From Lachnospiraceae bacterium (lineage in GTDB: Bacteria > Bacillota > Clostridia > Lachnospirales > Lachnospiraceae), in NCBI GenBank assembly GCA_017430085.1, contig JAFRNR010000001.1:1-64000 (forward strand): DNA of 64,000 nucleotides, read 5' to 3'. Within the stretch, counting starts at the first letter, position 1, and each line of letters begins with the position of its first letter. A model generated the notes under the pieces. It made no database searches, was not told where the DNA came from, and worked only from the letters and a program-made list of their open reading frames with translations. This document shows positions 50,383 to 59,397 of the stretch, in pieces. The position numbers were made by a program, and so were the translations under genes.

Positions 50383-50693
50383 TGCCAACCCGTTCAGACA
50401 GATGCCCATATTGTTTTTGATCTAAAACTTTCTTATGAGCACCCTCCGTTAGGCCGGGGCGGTTTTTTTGGCAGACATCCCGAAAACCGCCTGTTGCGGA
50501 GGCGTATCCCCGGTACGCTTCAGCTTCAGGAAAGGCCTCTTAACTACAATAGAAATGGTCTGCCGACCGCCCGGAACAGCAGAGGCAGTCCCAAATGGAC
50601 GAAGGTGCTGTTTACATTTTTCCGCCGCGGTGTTATTATTTTACCGTGTTTTCAGAATACCTTACCGGAAATCAAAGGAAAACTGACCGTATC

Positions 50694-52877
50694 ATGTTCA
50701 AGCACAAACTCGCCTCCTCCATCGTCCGCTTCCGCTTCCTCCTCCTGGCCCTCATGCTGGGCGCTGCCGCGTTCAGCGCCGCGTCCATCGGGCGCACCCG
50801 GATCAATTATGACCTGACGAAGTACCTGGCGGAGGATACCATGACCCGGCGCGCGCTGACTGTGATGGAAGAGGAGTTCGGCAGCAGCGAGCAGCTGCGG
50901 GTGATGTTTGCGGATCAGGAAGAAACGGCGCTGCAGGGCTACGTTTCGGCGCTGAATGCGCTGCCGGAGGTGCTGATGGCGGCGCATGATCCGGAGACGG
51001 GCGTGAAGCTGGAGGGCGGGGTCCGCTGGCAGCTGGTCACGGTCGCGCTCAATGAATGTGACGGGGCGGAACTGGTGAAGCGGCTGCGCGGGATGTTCCC
51101 GGAGGCGGGGCAGTACTGCGTGGAAGGCTCCGCGGCGGGACAGCTGGATCTGCAGCAGAGCGTGGTGCGGGAGATCCCCGGGGTGCTGGCGATCGCCGTG
51201 GGCATCGTGATCCTGGTGCTGCTGGCCACCTCCCATGCCTGGCTGGAGCCGGCGCCGGTGCTGGCCGTGCTGGCGGTCTCGATCCTGATCAACATGGGGA
51301 CCAACTTTATCTTCCGCTACGTGTCGTTCATCACGTTTGCGGTGAGCGCGGTGCTGCAGCTGGCGCTGTCCATCGACTATGCGATCATGCTGCTGCATAC
51401 GTACAACGGATACCGGGACGGCGGCCTGGACGCGAAAGCGGCCATGACGGAGGCGCTGGCGGAATGCTTCATGCGGATCACGTCGAGCGCGCTGACGACG
51501 GTGGCCGGCCTGATGTCCCTGCTTTTCATGTCGTTCACGTTCGGCGCCGATATCGGGATGGTGCTCTCCAAGGGGATCGTCTGCAGCCTGCTGGGCGTGT
51601 TCCTGCTCATGCCGGCGCTCATTCTGATGCTGGAAAAGCCGCTGCGCGCGACCAGGCATAAGCCGCTGAAACTGGGCGGCGAGCATCTGGCCCGCGGGAT
51701 CGCGCGGTATAAAGTCCCGGCGGCGGCCGTCCTGATCCTGCTGGTGCTGGGCGGCCTGTACCTAAACAGCCGCAATACGTTCAGCTTTACTACCGTGGAG
51801 GAAAAAGAAAACACCGAAGCCGCGCAGGTCACGTCCCGCTTCGGCACTTCCAATCCCCTCGTGCTCCTGGTCCCGGGCGGGGAGGAGGACGCGGATTATG
51901 CGCGCCAGCGCACGCTCGTAAAACAGCTGCAGGCGGTCCGGAAGGCGGACGGCAGCCCGGCGGTGACGTCCGTTGCCTCCATGGTCACGACCGGCGAAAT
52001 GGCGCTGCGCTATTATACGCCGCAGGAAGTGGCGGATCTGACGGGGATGAACCTGACGGTCATAAAACTGTTCTTCCTGATGCAGGGATACGGGGAGTCC
52101 GTCCGCGCGGACCGGCTGCTGGAAGCCGCGTCCCTGCTGGCTGAAGGCGATGAAAAGGTCGCGGAACTGCAGACCCTCTGGCAGACCGCCCGCGATGCGT
52201 TTATCGGCACCGCCCATCACCGGATGATGGCGGAGGTCAGCTTCACGACGTCTGACCCGCACGCGGCGGACTACATGGAACAGATCCTGGCCGCCGCGGC
52301 CGGGGTGTACGGGAACGATTATTATATTACGGGCGTTCCGATGTCCAATTATGATATTTCGCGGGCGTTTGAAGGGGACCTGATCCGGGTCAATATCATT
52401 ACGCTGCTGGCGATCCTGCTGATCGTGACGGTCTCGTTCCGTTCCTTCGGCCTGCCGCTGCTGCTGGTCTTCGTGATCGAAGGCGCGATCTGGATCACGA
52501 TGGGCTTTAACCGCCTGCTCGGCCGCCCGATCTTCTTTATTTCCTACCTGATCTGCCTGTCCATCCAGATGGGGGCGACGATCGATTACGGCATCCTGGC
52601 GGCCGACCAGTACCGCAGTTTCCGCAGGAAGGGACTTCCGGCGGCGGAAGCGCTGCAGGAAGGCATGAAGCGGGCGCTGCCGACGGTTATGACCTCCGGG
52701 ATCATCCTGATCACCGCGGGATCCGTCATCGGGATCCGCTGCAGCATTTTCTATATTTCCGATATCGGCCTGCTGGTGGCGCGCGGCGCGCTCGTGTCGG
52801 CGGCGCTGGTGCTGACGCTGCTGCCGGCGCTGCTGCTGATCTGCGACAAAGTGATCGTGAAAAATAAGAAGGGATAA
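50694..52877 (+). CDS. MMPL/RND-superfamily membrane transporter (YdfJ/YdgH-like)
   Basis: ~730 aa with two 6-TM bundles, each preceded by an extracytoplasmic domain. Start at ATG 50694 rather than ORF-track 50595. Confidence 0.75.
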   Translation: MFKHKLASSIVRFRFLLLALMLGAAAFSAASIGRTRINYDLTKYLAEDTMTRRALTVMEEEFGSSEQLRVMFADQEETALQGYVSALNALPEVLMAAHDPETGVKLEGGVRWQLVTVALNECDGAELVKRLRGMFPEAGQYCVEGSAAGQLDLQQSVVREIPGVLAIAVGIVILVLLATSHAWLEPAPVLAVLAVSILINMGTNFIFRYVSFITFAVSAVLQLALSIDYAIMLLHTYNGYRDGGLDAKAAMTEALAECFMRITSSALTTVAGLMSLLFMSFTFGADIGMVLSKGIVCSLLGVFLLMPALILMLEKPLRATRHKPLKLGGEHLARGIARYKVPAAAVLILLVLGGLYLNSRNTFSFTTVEEKENTEAAQVTSRFGTSNPLVLLVPGGEEDADYARQRTLVKQLQAVRKADGSPAVTSVASMVTTGEMALRYYTPQEVADLTGMNLTVIKLFFLMQGYGESVRADRLLEAASLLAEGDEKVAELQTLWQTARDAFIGTAHHRMMAEVSFTTSDPHAADYMEQILAAAAGVYGNDYYITGVPMSNYDISRAFEGDLIRVNIITLLAILLIVTVSFRSFGLPLLLVFVIEGAIWITMGFNRLLGRPIFFISYLICLSIQMGATIDYGILAADQYRSFRRKGLPAAEALQEGMKRALPTVMTSGIILITAGSVIGIRCSIFYISDIGLLVARGALVSAALVLTLLPALLLICDKVIVKNKKG

Positions 52878-52914
52878 AAAAGCGGGCGGCCGGCGGCCGC
52901 CCGTTTCGATCGGG

Positions 52915-53475
52915 TCATTCGGTGATGATATGAGGGATCCGGATATCGTACGCATCCGTCGGGATATCCCCGCACAGCATGCGGCGGAAGCAGAGGCAGA
53001 CGGCGCGGTCCGCACCGCCTTGGGCGGAGAGGAAGCGGTCGTAATACCCGGCGCCGTGACCCAGGCGGCGGCCGTCCGGGGCGGCGGCAAGGCAGGGGAC
53101 CAGGATGAGGTCAAGGTCCGCGGCGGCCGCGGTTTCCGTGACGTCCTCCGGTTCCGGGATCCCAAACGCGCCGGGCTTCATCCCGGACAAGTCCCGGATG
53201 CGGACGGCCAGCATTTCAGTGCGGCTGACGCATCGGGGGACGAAAACCGCCTTGCCGTCGGCCAGCGCCTGCGCCAGGATACGGTCCGTGGCCGGTTCGT
53301 GCGGCATGTGGATATAGAGGAAAATGCTTTTGGCGGCACGATAGGTCAGCAGGGCCAGCACCTTGTCCTGCATGGCATCGGATGCCGTGCGGAGATAGTC
53401 CGCCGGGAGTAGGGCCTGGCGGAGGCGGAGGGAGCGGCGGAGCGCGGTTTTGGAATGATCGGTTTCAGATGACAT
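52915..53475 (-). CDS. 5-formyltetrahydrofolate cyclo-ligase
   Basis: 186 aa with MTHFS family features (ALRRSLR...GxGYYDR). Confidence 0.8.
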   Translation of the reverse strand: MSSETDHSKTALRRSLRLRQALLPADYLRTASDAMQDKVLALLTYRAAKSIFLYIHMPHEPATDRILAQALADGKAVFVPRCVSRTEMLAVRIRDLSGMKPGAFGIPEPEDVTETAAAADLDLILVPCLAAAPDGRRLGHGAGYYDRFLSAQGGADRAVCLCFRRMLCGDIPTDAYDIRIPHIITE

Positions 53476-53509
53476 CAGTTCTCCTGTTTCGGGCGGCCGG
53501 CGGCTTTCT

Positions 53510-55252
53510 CTACGGGATCAGCGTCAGACCCTCCAGCGAGGGCGTCGCGACCAGGGAATAATTCGTGTGATAGATCACCATGCCTGGCTTATAATTGCCG
53601 GGCTTTTTCAGTTCCTTGCGGCGGGTGTAATCCACCTCCGTCTTCCCGTCGCGGGGGGCGGAGGAGTACCAGGCGGCCAGGGCGCCGGCCTGCTCGAAGC
53701 CGCGGTCGGACAGCTCGCGGCCGCCGGTCTTGACGATCACGTGGGAGCCGGCGATGCCCTTCGCGTGGAACCACCAGTCGCTGCCGGAGGCCAGCTCGAA
53801 GGTGACGGTCTCGTTCTGCAGGTTGTTCTTGCCCACGTAGAAGTCAAAGCCTTCATCGGACACGTAATGCAGCGGCTGGCTTTTGACCGGTTTGGCGGCT
53901 TTCTTTTTGCCGGCGCCCAGGCGGGCCCGGATGTAGCCGCCGGCGGTGAGTTCCTCCTTGACGGCGGCCAGGTCGGCCTCGCTCTCCGCCATGTTCAGGG
54001 CCTGCTCCACTGTGCGCAGGTATTCCAGTTCCTGATCGGTCTCCGCCATCTGCACCTGCGTGGCTTCGAATGTCCGTTTGAGCTTCTGGTAGCGTTCGAA
54101 GTATTTCGCGGCGTTCTCCTGCGGGGAGAGCGTATCGTCCAGCGGGATCGTGATCTCCGCGTCGTTATCGTAATAATTGCGGGCGGTGAGCTGCTTCGCG
54201 CCGGGCTCCACGCCGTAGCCGAAGCTCTGGATCAGCTCGCCCCAGAGCTTGTATTTATCGCGCTTTTCCGCGTCCTTCAGCTGTTTGACCATCAGGTCGC
54301 GCTTGCGGGAGTCGCGCTCCATGATCTGCGTGACCAGATGGCGCAGCTCCGAGGAACGCTGTTTGATGCGGGATTCCGCGTTGCGGCCGGAGTAGAAATC
54401 GAAGAGCAGCTCGCTCATGCTGTCGTAAGACACCGCTTCCTCCGGGTCGTAATAGGAGAGGGGCAGGGCGGAGAATTCGGTGAGCTGCCCTTTGTGGTAA
54501 TAGATCTGCGGGGCGAAATCGTGCTCCTCCAGCGTCCGGGTCAGGCCGTCAAGCACCGCATGGAGCCGTTCCCGCTCCGCGTCCGTCAGAGAGGCCGCGC
54601 TCTCCGTACCGTCCAGGCCGGCCTGCAGGATCAGCTCCCGCGCCATCTGGGCGCTGATGCCGGTGAGAAGACCGCCCAGCGCCTTTTCCACCGGACCGGG
54701 CCAGGCCGCCAGACGGGACCGGAAAGAAGCGTCCCCGATGGCGCATTTGCCCTGGGTGTTCGGGATGAAATACGGGCGGCCGGGCAGGACTTCGCGCACG
54801 CTGCTGGTGCCGGAGCCGATGCGGCGGATGGCGTCGCAGATCACGTCCCCGCTGTCGCAGAGGATCAGGTTGCTGTGCTTGCCCATGATCTCCAGGATCA
54901 GCACGTGCCGGCACGGATCCCCCAGCTCGTCCAGATGCTCCGCTTCCAGGCGGATGACCCTTTCCAGTCCCGGCTGTGTGACCGAGATCACCCGCGCCCC
55001 GGACAGGTGCTTGCGGATCAGCATCAGAAACGCCGGCGCCTGCGGCGGCCCCGACAGATTTTTATCCGTGATGTATGCCAGCGGCAGCGACGGATTCGCC
55101 GACAGCAGCAGCTTTACCGTCTCCTCCCGCGTCTTGATGTGCAATAGAAGCGCGTCCCGCTCGGGCTGCACGATCTTGCTGATCCGCCCGCCGGTGAGGC
55201 GCTCGTTCAGCTCATATGTTAACGCAGCAATGCTGATTCCGTCCAAAGCCAT
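53510..55252 (-). CDS. rqcH: RqcH / FbpA (NFACT-family ribosome quality control protein)
   Basis: 580 aa with an NFACT-N start (MALDGISIAALTYEL) and a C-terminal NFACT-R region. Confidence 0.8.
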   Translation of the reverse strand: MALDGISIAALTYELNERLTGGRISKIVQPERDALLLHIKTREETVKLLLSANPSLPLAYITDKNLSGPPQAPAFLMLIRKHLSGARVISVTQPGLERVIRLEAEHLDELGDPCRHVLILEIMGKHSNLILCDSGDVICDAIRRIGSGTSSVREVLPGRPYFIPNTQGKCAIGDASFRSRLAAWPGPVEKALGGLLTGISAQMARELILQAGLDGTESAASLTDAERERLHAVLDGLTRTLEEHDFAPQIYYHKGQLTEFSALPLSYYDPEEAVSYDSMSELLFDFYSGRNAESRIKQRSSELRHLVTQIMERDSRKRDLMVKQLKDAEKRDKYKLWGELIQSFGYGVEPGAKQLTARNYYDNDAEITIPLDDTLSPQENAAKYFERYQKLKRTFEATQVQMAETDQELEYLRTVEQALNMAESEADLAAVKEELTAGGYIRARLGAGKKKAAKPVKSQPLHYVSDEGFDFYVGKNNLQNETVTFELASGSDWWFHAKGIAGSHVIVKTGGRELSDRGFEQAGALAAWYSSAPRDGKTEVDYTRRKELKKPGNYKPGMVIYHTNYSLVATPSLEGLTLIP

Positions 55253-55488
55253 GACAAACTCCTGAAAACGAATATGCGGTGCGCCGGCCAGTACGTCATG
55301 CGGCCGGCATCACTTCAAATATAATGACTGTCCGCCCATTTATCAATATGTTTTTGCCGAATCGACCGTCCTGAAGCCCCGATTTCAGGGCCGCCGCAAC
55401 AGACATGCCCCCGGAAACTGAGCGGAAAACATGCGGAACGACACGGGATCTGACGGGTCCGACCTGAAATGAAGCGAGCGGGGAGACA

Positions 55489-55614
55489 ATACTTTTCGAC
55501 GCCCCTCGGGTTTCGGGGCGGAGAAAAGTTTTCGTCGAAACCGCGGGTGGGGAATGCTATGCGGCCTCAGACTTCAGAACGGAGAAAAGTTTTCGCCGGA
55601 ACCGCGGGCGGGGG
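55489..55614. promoter_or_regulatory. Structured repeat region upstream of the nifJ promoter
   Basis: Two 34-bp direct repeats CGGAGAAAAGTTTTCGyCGrAACCGCGGGyGGGG (55519-55552, 55580-55614), each containing the palindrome GAAAAnTTTTC. An additional long imperfect hairpin spans 55489-55529. Confidence 0.5.
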
Positions 55615-55647
55615 GACGGTAATTGGCCCCGCTCCCCCACATTCTCC

Positions 55648-55675
55648 TTGACTTTCTCCCTGATTCATCTATAAT
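55648..55675 (+). promoter_or_regulatory. Sigma-A-like promoter of nifJ
   Basis: -35 TTGACT (55648-55653), 16-nt spacer, -10 TATAAT (55670-55675). Confidence 0.55.
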
Positions 55676-55740
55676 ATATACGGTATATTTTGTACACCCT
55701 AATAATTCTTTGCTTATACGGCAAAAGGAGGAATAACACT

Positions 55741-58700
55741 ATGGCGAGACCGAGAAAAACAATGGACGGTAACACCGCAGCTTCCCACGTATCGTACGCG
55801 TTTACGGACGTTGCTGCCATTTACCCCATTACCCCGTCTTCCCCGATGGCTGAGGTAGCCGATACCTGGGCCACGGAAGGCAGAAAGAACCTGTTCGGAC
55901 AGGAAGTCAAGATCATGGAAATGCAGTCCGAAGCCGGCGCGGCCGGTGCCGTGCACGGATCCTTAACGTCCGGCGCCCTGACCACCACCTACACCGCTTC
56001 CCAGGGCCTGCTGCTGATGATCCCCAACATGTATAAGATCGCCGGCGAAATGCTGCCCTGCGTGATCGACGTTTCCGCCCGTACGGTCGCGTCCCACGCG
56101 CTCTGCATCTTCGGCGACCACTCCGACGTTTACGCCTGCCGCCAGACCGGTTTTGCCATGCTCTGCGAATCCAACGTGCAGGAAGTCATGGACCTGACCG
56201 CCGTGGCGCATCTGTCCGCCATCCAGGGCCGCGTGCCGGTGCTGAACTTCTTCGACGGCTTCCGCACTTCCCACGAACTGCAGAAGATCGAAGTCTGGGA
56301 TTACAAAGACCTGGCCGACATGCTCGACTGGGATGCGGTCCAGGCGTTCCGCAACAGCGCCCTGAACCCCGAGCACCCCTGCCAGCTGGGCTCCGCGCAG
56401 AACCCCGACATCTTCTTCCAGGCCCGTGAGGCTTCCAACCGCGCGTATGACGCGTTCCCGGCCATCGTGGAAGAAAACATGAACAAAGTCAACGCCAAGC
56501 TCGGCACGGACTATAAGCTGTTCAACTACTACGGCGCGCCCGATGCGGAACACATCATCATCGCGATGGGCTCCGTCTGCGACACCATCGACGAGACCAT
56601 CGACTACATGGTGGCCCGCGGCGAGAAAGTCGGCGTCGTGAAAGTCCGCCTGTACCGTCCGTTCAGCCAGAAGCACCTGCTGGCCGCCATCCCGGAGACC
56701 GTCAGGACCATCAGCGTTCTGGACCGGACCAAGGAACCCGGCGCGGTCGGCGAGCCTCTGTACATCGACGTGGCGACCGCCCTGCGCGGCACGAAGTTCC
56801 ATGACGTGAAGATCCTGCACGGCCGCTACGGCCTGGGCTCCAAGGACACCACGCCCGGCCAGATCGTGGCGGTGTACCGCAACACGGACAAGGAAGAGTT
56901 CACCATCGGCATCGAAGACGACGTGACCGGCCTGTCCCTGCCCGTCGTGGAAGATCCCAACACCCAGCCGGAATCCACCATTTCCTGCAAGTTCTGGGGC
57001 CTGGGCGCCGACGGTACCGTGGGCGCGAACAAGAACTCCATCAAGATCATCGGCGACCACACGGATATGTACGTGCAGGCCTACTTCGAGTATGACTCCA
57101 AGAAGTCCGGCGGTCTGACCATTTCGCACCTGCGTTTCGGCCACGCCCCCATCCGCTCCACCTACTTCATCAACAAGGCGAACTTCGTCGCCTGCCACAA
57201 CCCTTCCTACGTACGCAAGTACAACATGGTCCAGGAAGTGGTGGACGGCGGCAGCTTCCTGCTGAACTGCCCGTGGGATCTGGCGGGTCTGGAAGAGCAT
57301 CTGCCCGGTCAGATGAAGCGCTACATCGCGGAGCATAACATCAACCTGTACACCATCGACGCCATCAAGCTGGGCCAGGAGATCGGTCTGGGCGGCCGTG
57401 TGAACACCATCCTGCAGGCGGCGTTCTTCGTGATCTCCGGCGTCATCCCGAAAGAAGACGCCATCCGCTACATGAAGGATGCGGCCACCAAGTCCTACCT
57501 GAAGAAGGGCGAGGACGTGGTGAAGATGAACCACGACGGCATCGACGCCGGCGCCGGCGCGTTCCACAAAGTGGAAGTGCCCGCCTCCTGGAAGGATGCC
57601 GAGGATGAGCCGCTGTTCGAACTGGCCACCGGCACCCGCGCCGACGTCGTCAGCTTCGTCAACGCCGTCCAGAAGCCCATCAATGCGCACGAAGGCCAGA
57701 ACCTGCCCGTTTCCACGTTCCTGGCGTACGCCAACGGCTCGACCCCGTCCGGCGCTTCCGCTTTCGAAAAGCGCGGCGTGGCCGTGAACATCCCCGTCTG
57801 GGACGTCACCAAGTGCATCCAGTGCAACTTCTGCTCCTACGTCTGCCCGCACGCGGTCATCCGTCCAGTGGCCCTGAACGAAGAGGACGTGAAGAACGCG
57901 CCGGAAGGCATGCCGATGAAGGATCTGATGGGCATGCCCGGCTACAAGTTCTCCGTGACCGTGTCCGCCCTGGACTGCATGGGCTGCGGCTCCTGCGTCA
58001 ACGTCTGCCCGGCGCCCGGCAAGGCCATCGCCATGCTTCCGCTGGACGAGCACCGCGACACCCAGAAGTACTTCGACTTCGCCGTCTCGCTGCCTGAGAA
58101 GCCCGAAGTCATCGAGAAATACAAAGTCAGCACCGTCAAGGGCAGCCAGTACAAGCAGCCCCTGCTGGAGTTCTCGGGCGCCTGCGCCGGCTGCGGCGAA
58201 GCCCCTTACGCCAAACTGGTCACTCAGCTGTTCGGCGACCGGATGTACATCGCCAACGCCACGGGCTGCACCTCCATCTGGGGCAACAGCTCGCCGTCCA
58301 CGCCTTACACCGTGAACAAGGAAGGCAAGGGCCCGGCCTGGAGCAATTCCCTGTTTGAAGACAACGCCGAATTCGGTCTGGGCATGGAACTGGGTCAGTC
58401 CACCCTGCGCGCCGGCCTGGCGGACCGCATCCGCAAGGCGGCGGAAGCCGGCAGCCCCGCGCTCAAGGAAGCGGCGGAAGAGTTCTTCGACACCTATGAA
58501 GATTCCGCGCTGAACGCGGCCGCGACCAAGAAGCTGCTGGCGGCGCTGGTGGCCGAAGGCGACAGCGACAACGTGAAGTACCTGCTGCAGAACAAGGAAT
58601 TCATCAGCAAGAAGAGCCAGTGGATCTTCGGCGGCGACGGCTGGGCCTACGATATCGGCTTCGGCGGCCTGGACCATGCGATCGCTTCCGGTCGGAACAT

Positions 58701-59259
58701 CAACATCATGGTCTTCGATACCGAAGTGTATTCCAACACCGGCGGCCAGTCCTCCAAGGCGACCAACGTCGGCGCCGTGGCGCAGTTCGCGGCCGGCGGC
58801 AAGGAAGTCAAGCAGAAAGACCTGGCGGCCATCGCCATGAGCTACGGCTACGTCTATGTGGCGCAGATCGCCATGGGCGCGGACTACAACCAGACCGTCA
58901 AGGCCCTGACCGAAGCGGAAAGCTATCCGGGCCCGTCCCTGATCGTCGCGTATGCCCCTTGTATCACTCACGGCATCAAGGCCGGCATGAGCAAGGCCCA
59001 GACGGAAGAGAAGAACGCGGTGCAGGCCGGTTACTGGCATCTGTTCCGCTTCGACCCGCGCAAGGAAGTTCCGTTCCAGCTTGACAGCAAGGCTCCGACG
59101 GCCAGCTACCAGGATTTCCTGAAGGGCGAGAACCGCTACACGGCCCTGACCCTGAAGAATCCGGAGCGCGCCGAGATGCTGTTTGACAAGTCTGAGAAAT
59201 ACGCGCAGGAGAAATACGCACATCTGCTGAAGCTGCAGGAGATGTACGGCGGCAAATAA
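55741..59259 (+). CDS. nifJ: Pyruvate:ferredoxin (flavodoxin) oxidoreductase, single-chain
   Basis: ~1170 aa with 2x[4Fe-4S] motifs (CIQCNFCSYVCP, CMGCGSCVNVCP) and a TPP motif (GGDGWAYDIGFGG). Start at MARPRKTMDGNT (55741). Confidence 0.9.
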   Translation: MARPRKTMDGNTAASHVSYAFTDVAAIYPITPSSPMAEVADTWATEGRKNLFGQEVKIMEMQSEAGAAGAVHGSLTSGALTTTYTASQGLLLMIPNMYKIAGEMLPCVIDVSARTVASHALCIFGDHSDVYACRQTGFAMLCESNVQEVMDLTAVAHLSAIQGRVPVLNFFDGFRTSHELQKIEVWDYKDLADMLDWDAVQAFRNSALNPEHPCQLGSAQNPDIFFQAREASNRAYDAFPAIVEENMNKVNAKLGTDYKLFNYYGAPDAEHIIIAMGSVCDTIDETIDYMVARGEKVGVVKVRLYRPFSQKHLLAAIPETVRTISVLDRTKEPGAVGEPLYIDVATALRGTKFHDVKILHGRYGLGSKDTTPGQIVAVYRNTDKEEFTIGIEDDVTGLSLPVVEDPNTQPESTISCKFWGLGADGTVGANKNSIKIIGDHTDMYVQAYFEYDSKKSGGLTISHLRFGHAPIRSTYFINKANFVACHNPSYVRKYNMVQEVVDGGSFLLNCPWDLAGLEEHLPGQMKRYIAEHNINLYTIDAIKLGQEIGLGGRVNTILQAAFFVISGVIPKEDAIRYMKDAATKSYLKKGEDVVKMNHDGIDAGAGAFHKVEVPASWKDAEDEPLFELATGTRADVVSFVNAVQKPINAHEGQNLPVSTFLAYANGSTPSGASAFEKRGVAVNIPVWDVTKCIQCNFCSYVCPHAVIRPVALNEEDVKNAPEGMPMKDLMGMPGYKFSVTVSALDCMGCGSCVNVCPAPGKAIAMLPLDEHRDTQKYFDFAVSLPEKPEVIEKYKVSTVKGSQYKQPLLEFSGACAGCGEAPYAKLVTQLFGDRMYIANATGCTSIWGNSSPSTPYTVNKEGKGPAWSNSLFEDNAEFGLGMELGQSTLRAGLADRIRKAAEAGSPALKEAAEEFFDTYEDSALNAAATKKLLAALVAEGDSDNVKYLLQNKEFISKKSQWIFGGDGWAYDIGFGGLDHAIASGRNINIMVFDTEVYSNTGGQSSKATNVGAVAQFAAGGKEVKQKDLAAIAMSYGYVYVAQIAMGADYNQTVKALTEAESYPGPSLIVAYAPCITHGIKAGMSKAQTEEKNAVQAGYWHLFRFDPRKEVPFQLDSKAPTASYQDFLKGENRYTALTLKNPERAEMLFDKSEKYAQEKYAHLLKLQEMYGGK

Positions 59260-59288
59260 TGTGATCTGCCTTCAAGCGGATATATCAA

Positions 59289-59320
59289 AAGGGCGGGCGG
59301 CTCTCGGGCCGCCCGCTTTC
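59289..59320 (+). terminator. Rho-independent terminator after nifJ
   Basis: GCGGGCGGC-tctcgg-GCCGCCCGC followed by TTT. Confidence 0.5.
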
Positions 59321-59397
59321 ACGAAAGGCCTGTTATGAGTTTGTTGAGTTCCATTCATGCAAATTCTCATCAGGGACATAAAACATCCCAGTATCTG

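Larger units (their letters stand above)
38930..50450. mobile_element. Degenerate integrated element / defense island (AT-richer than flanks)
   Basis: An abrupt composition shift. It carries a serine-recombinase remnant, a toxin-antitoxin-like pair, a Type I R-M system with Doc/RhuM, and an XRE gene. Periodic repeats and a terminator sit at the right edge. Confidence 0.55.

Noticed and set aside
50079-50420. 113-aa + strand ORF at the island edge.
   Set aside because: It is AT-rich and low-complexity, and it spans the periodic direct repeats and terminator hairpin. It has no RBS and most likely reflects non-coding repeat sequence.
50380-50700. A tRNA or tmRNA gene as the integration target at the island's right boundary.
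   Set aside because: I searched by eye for acceptor-stem/T-loop (GTTCGAnTC) patterns on both strands and found none. Serine-recombinase elements often do not use tRNA sites.
55519-55614. Possible CRISPR array (two ~34-bp direct repeats).
   Set aside because: Only two copies and no cas genes. The spacer between them is itself partly repeat-derived. The position upstream of a promoter fits regulatory sites better.
55280-55690. Rex operator (TTGTGAAnnnnTTCACAA-like) upstream of nifJ.
   Set aside because: No match to that consensus on either strand. The repeats present have a different GAAAAnTTTTC core.
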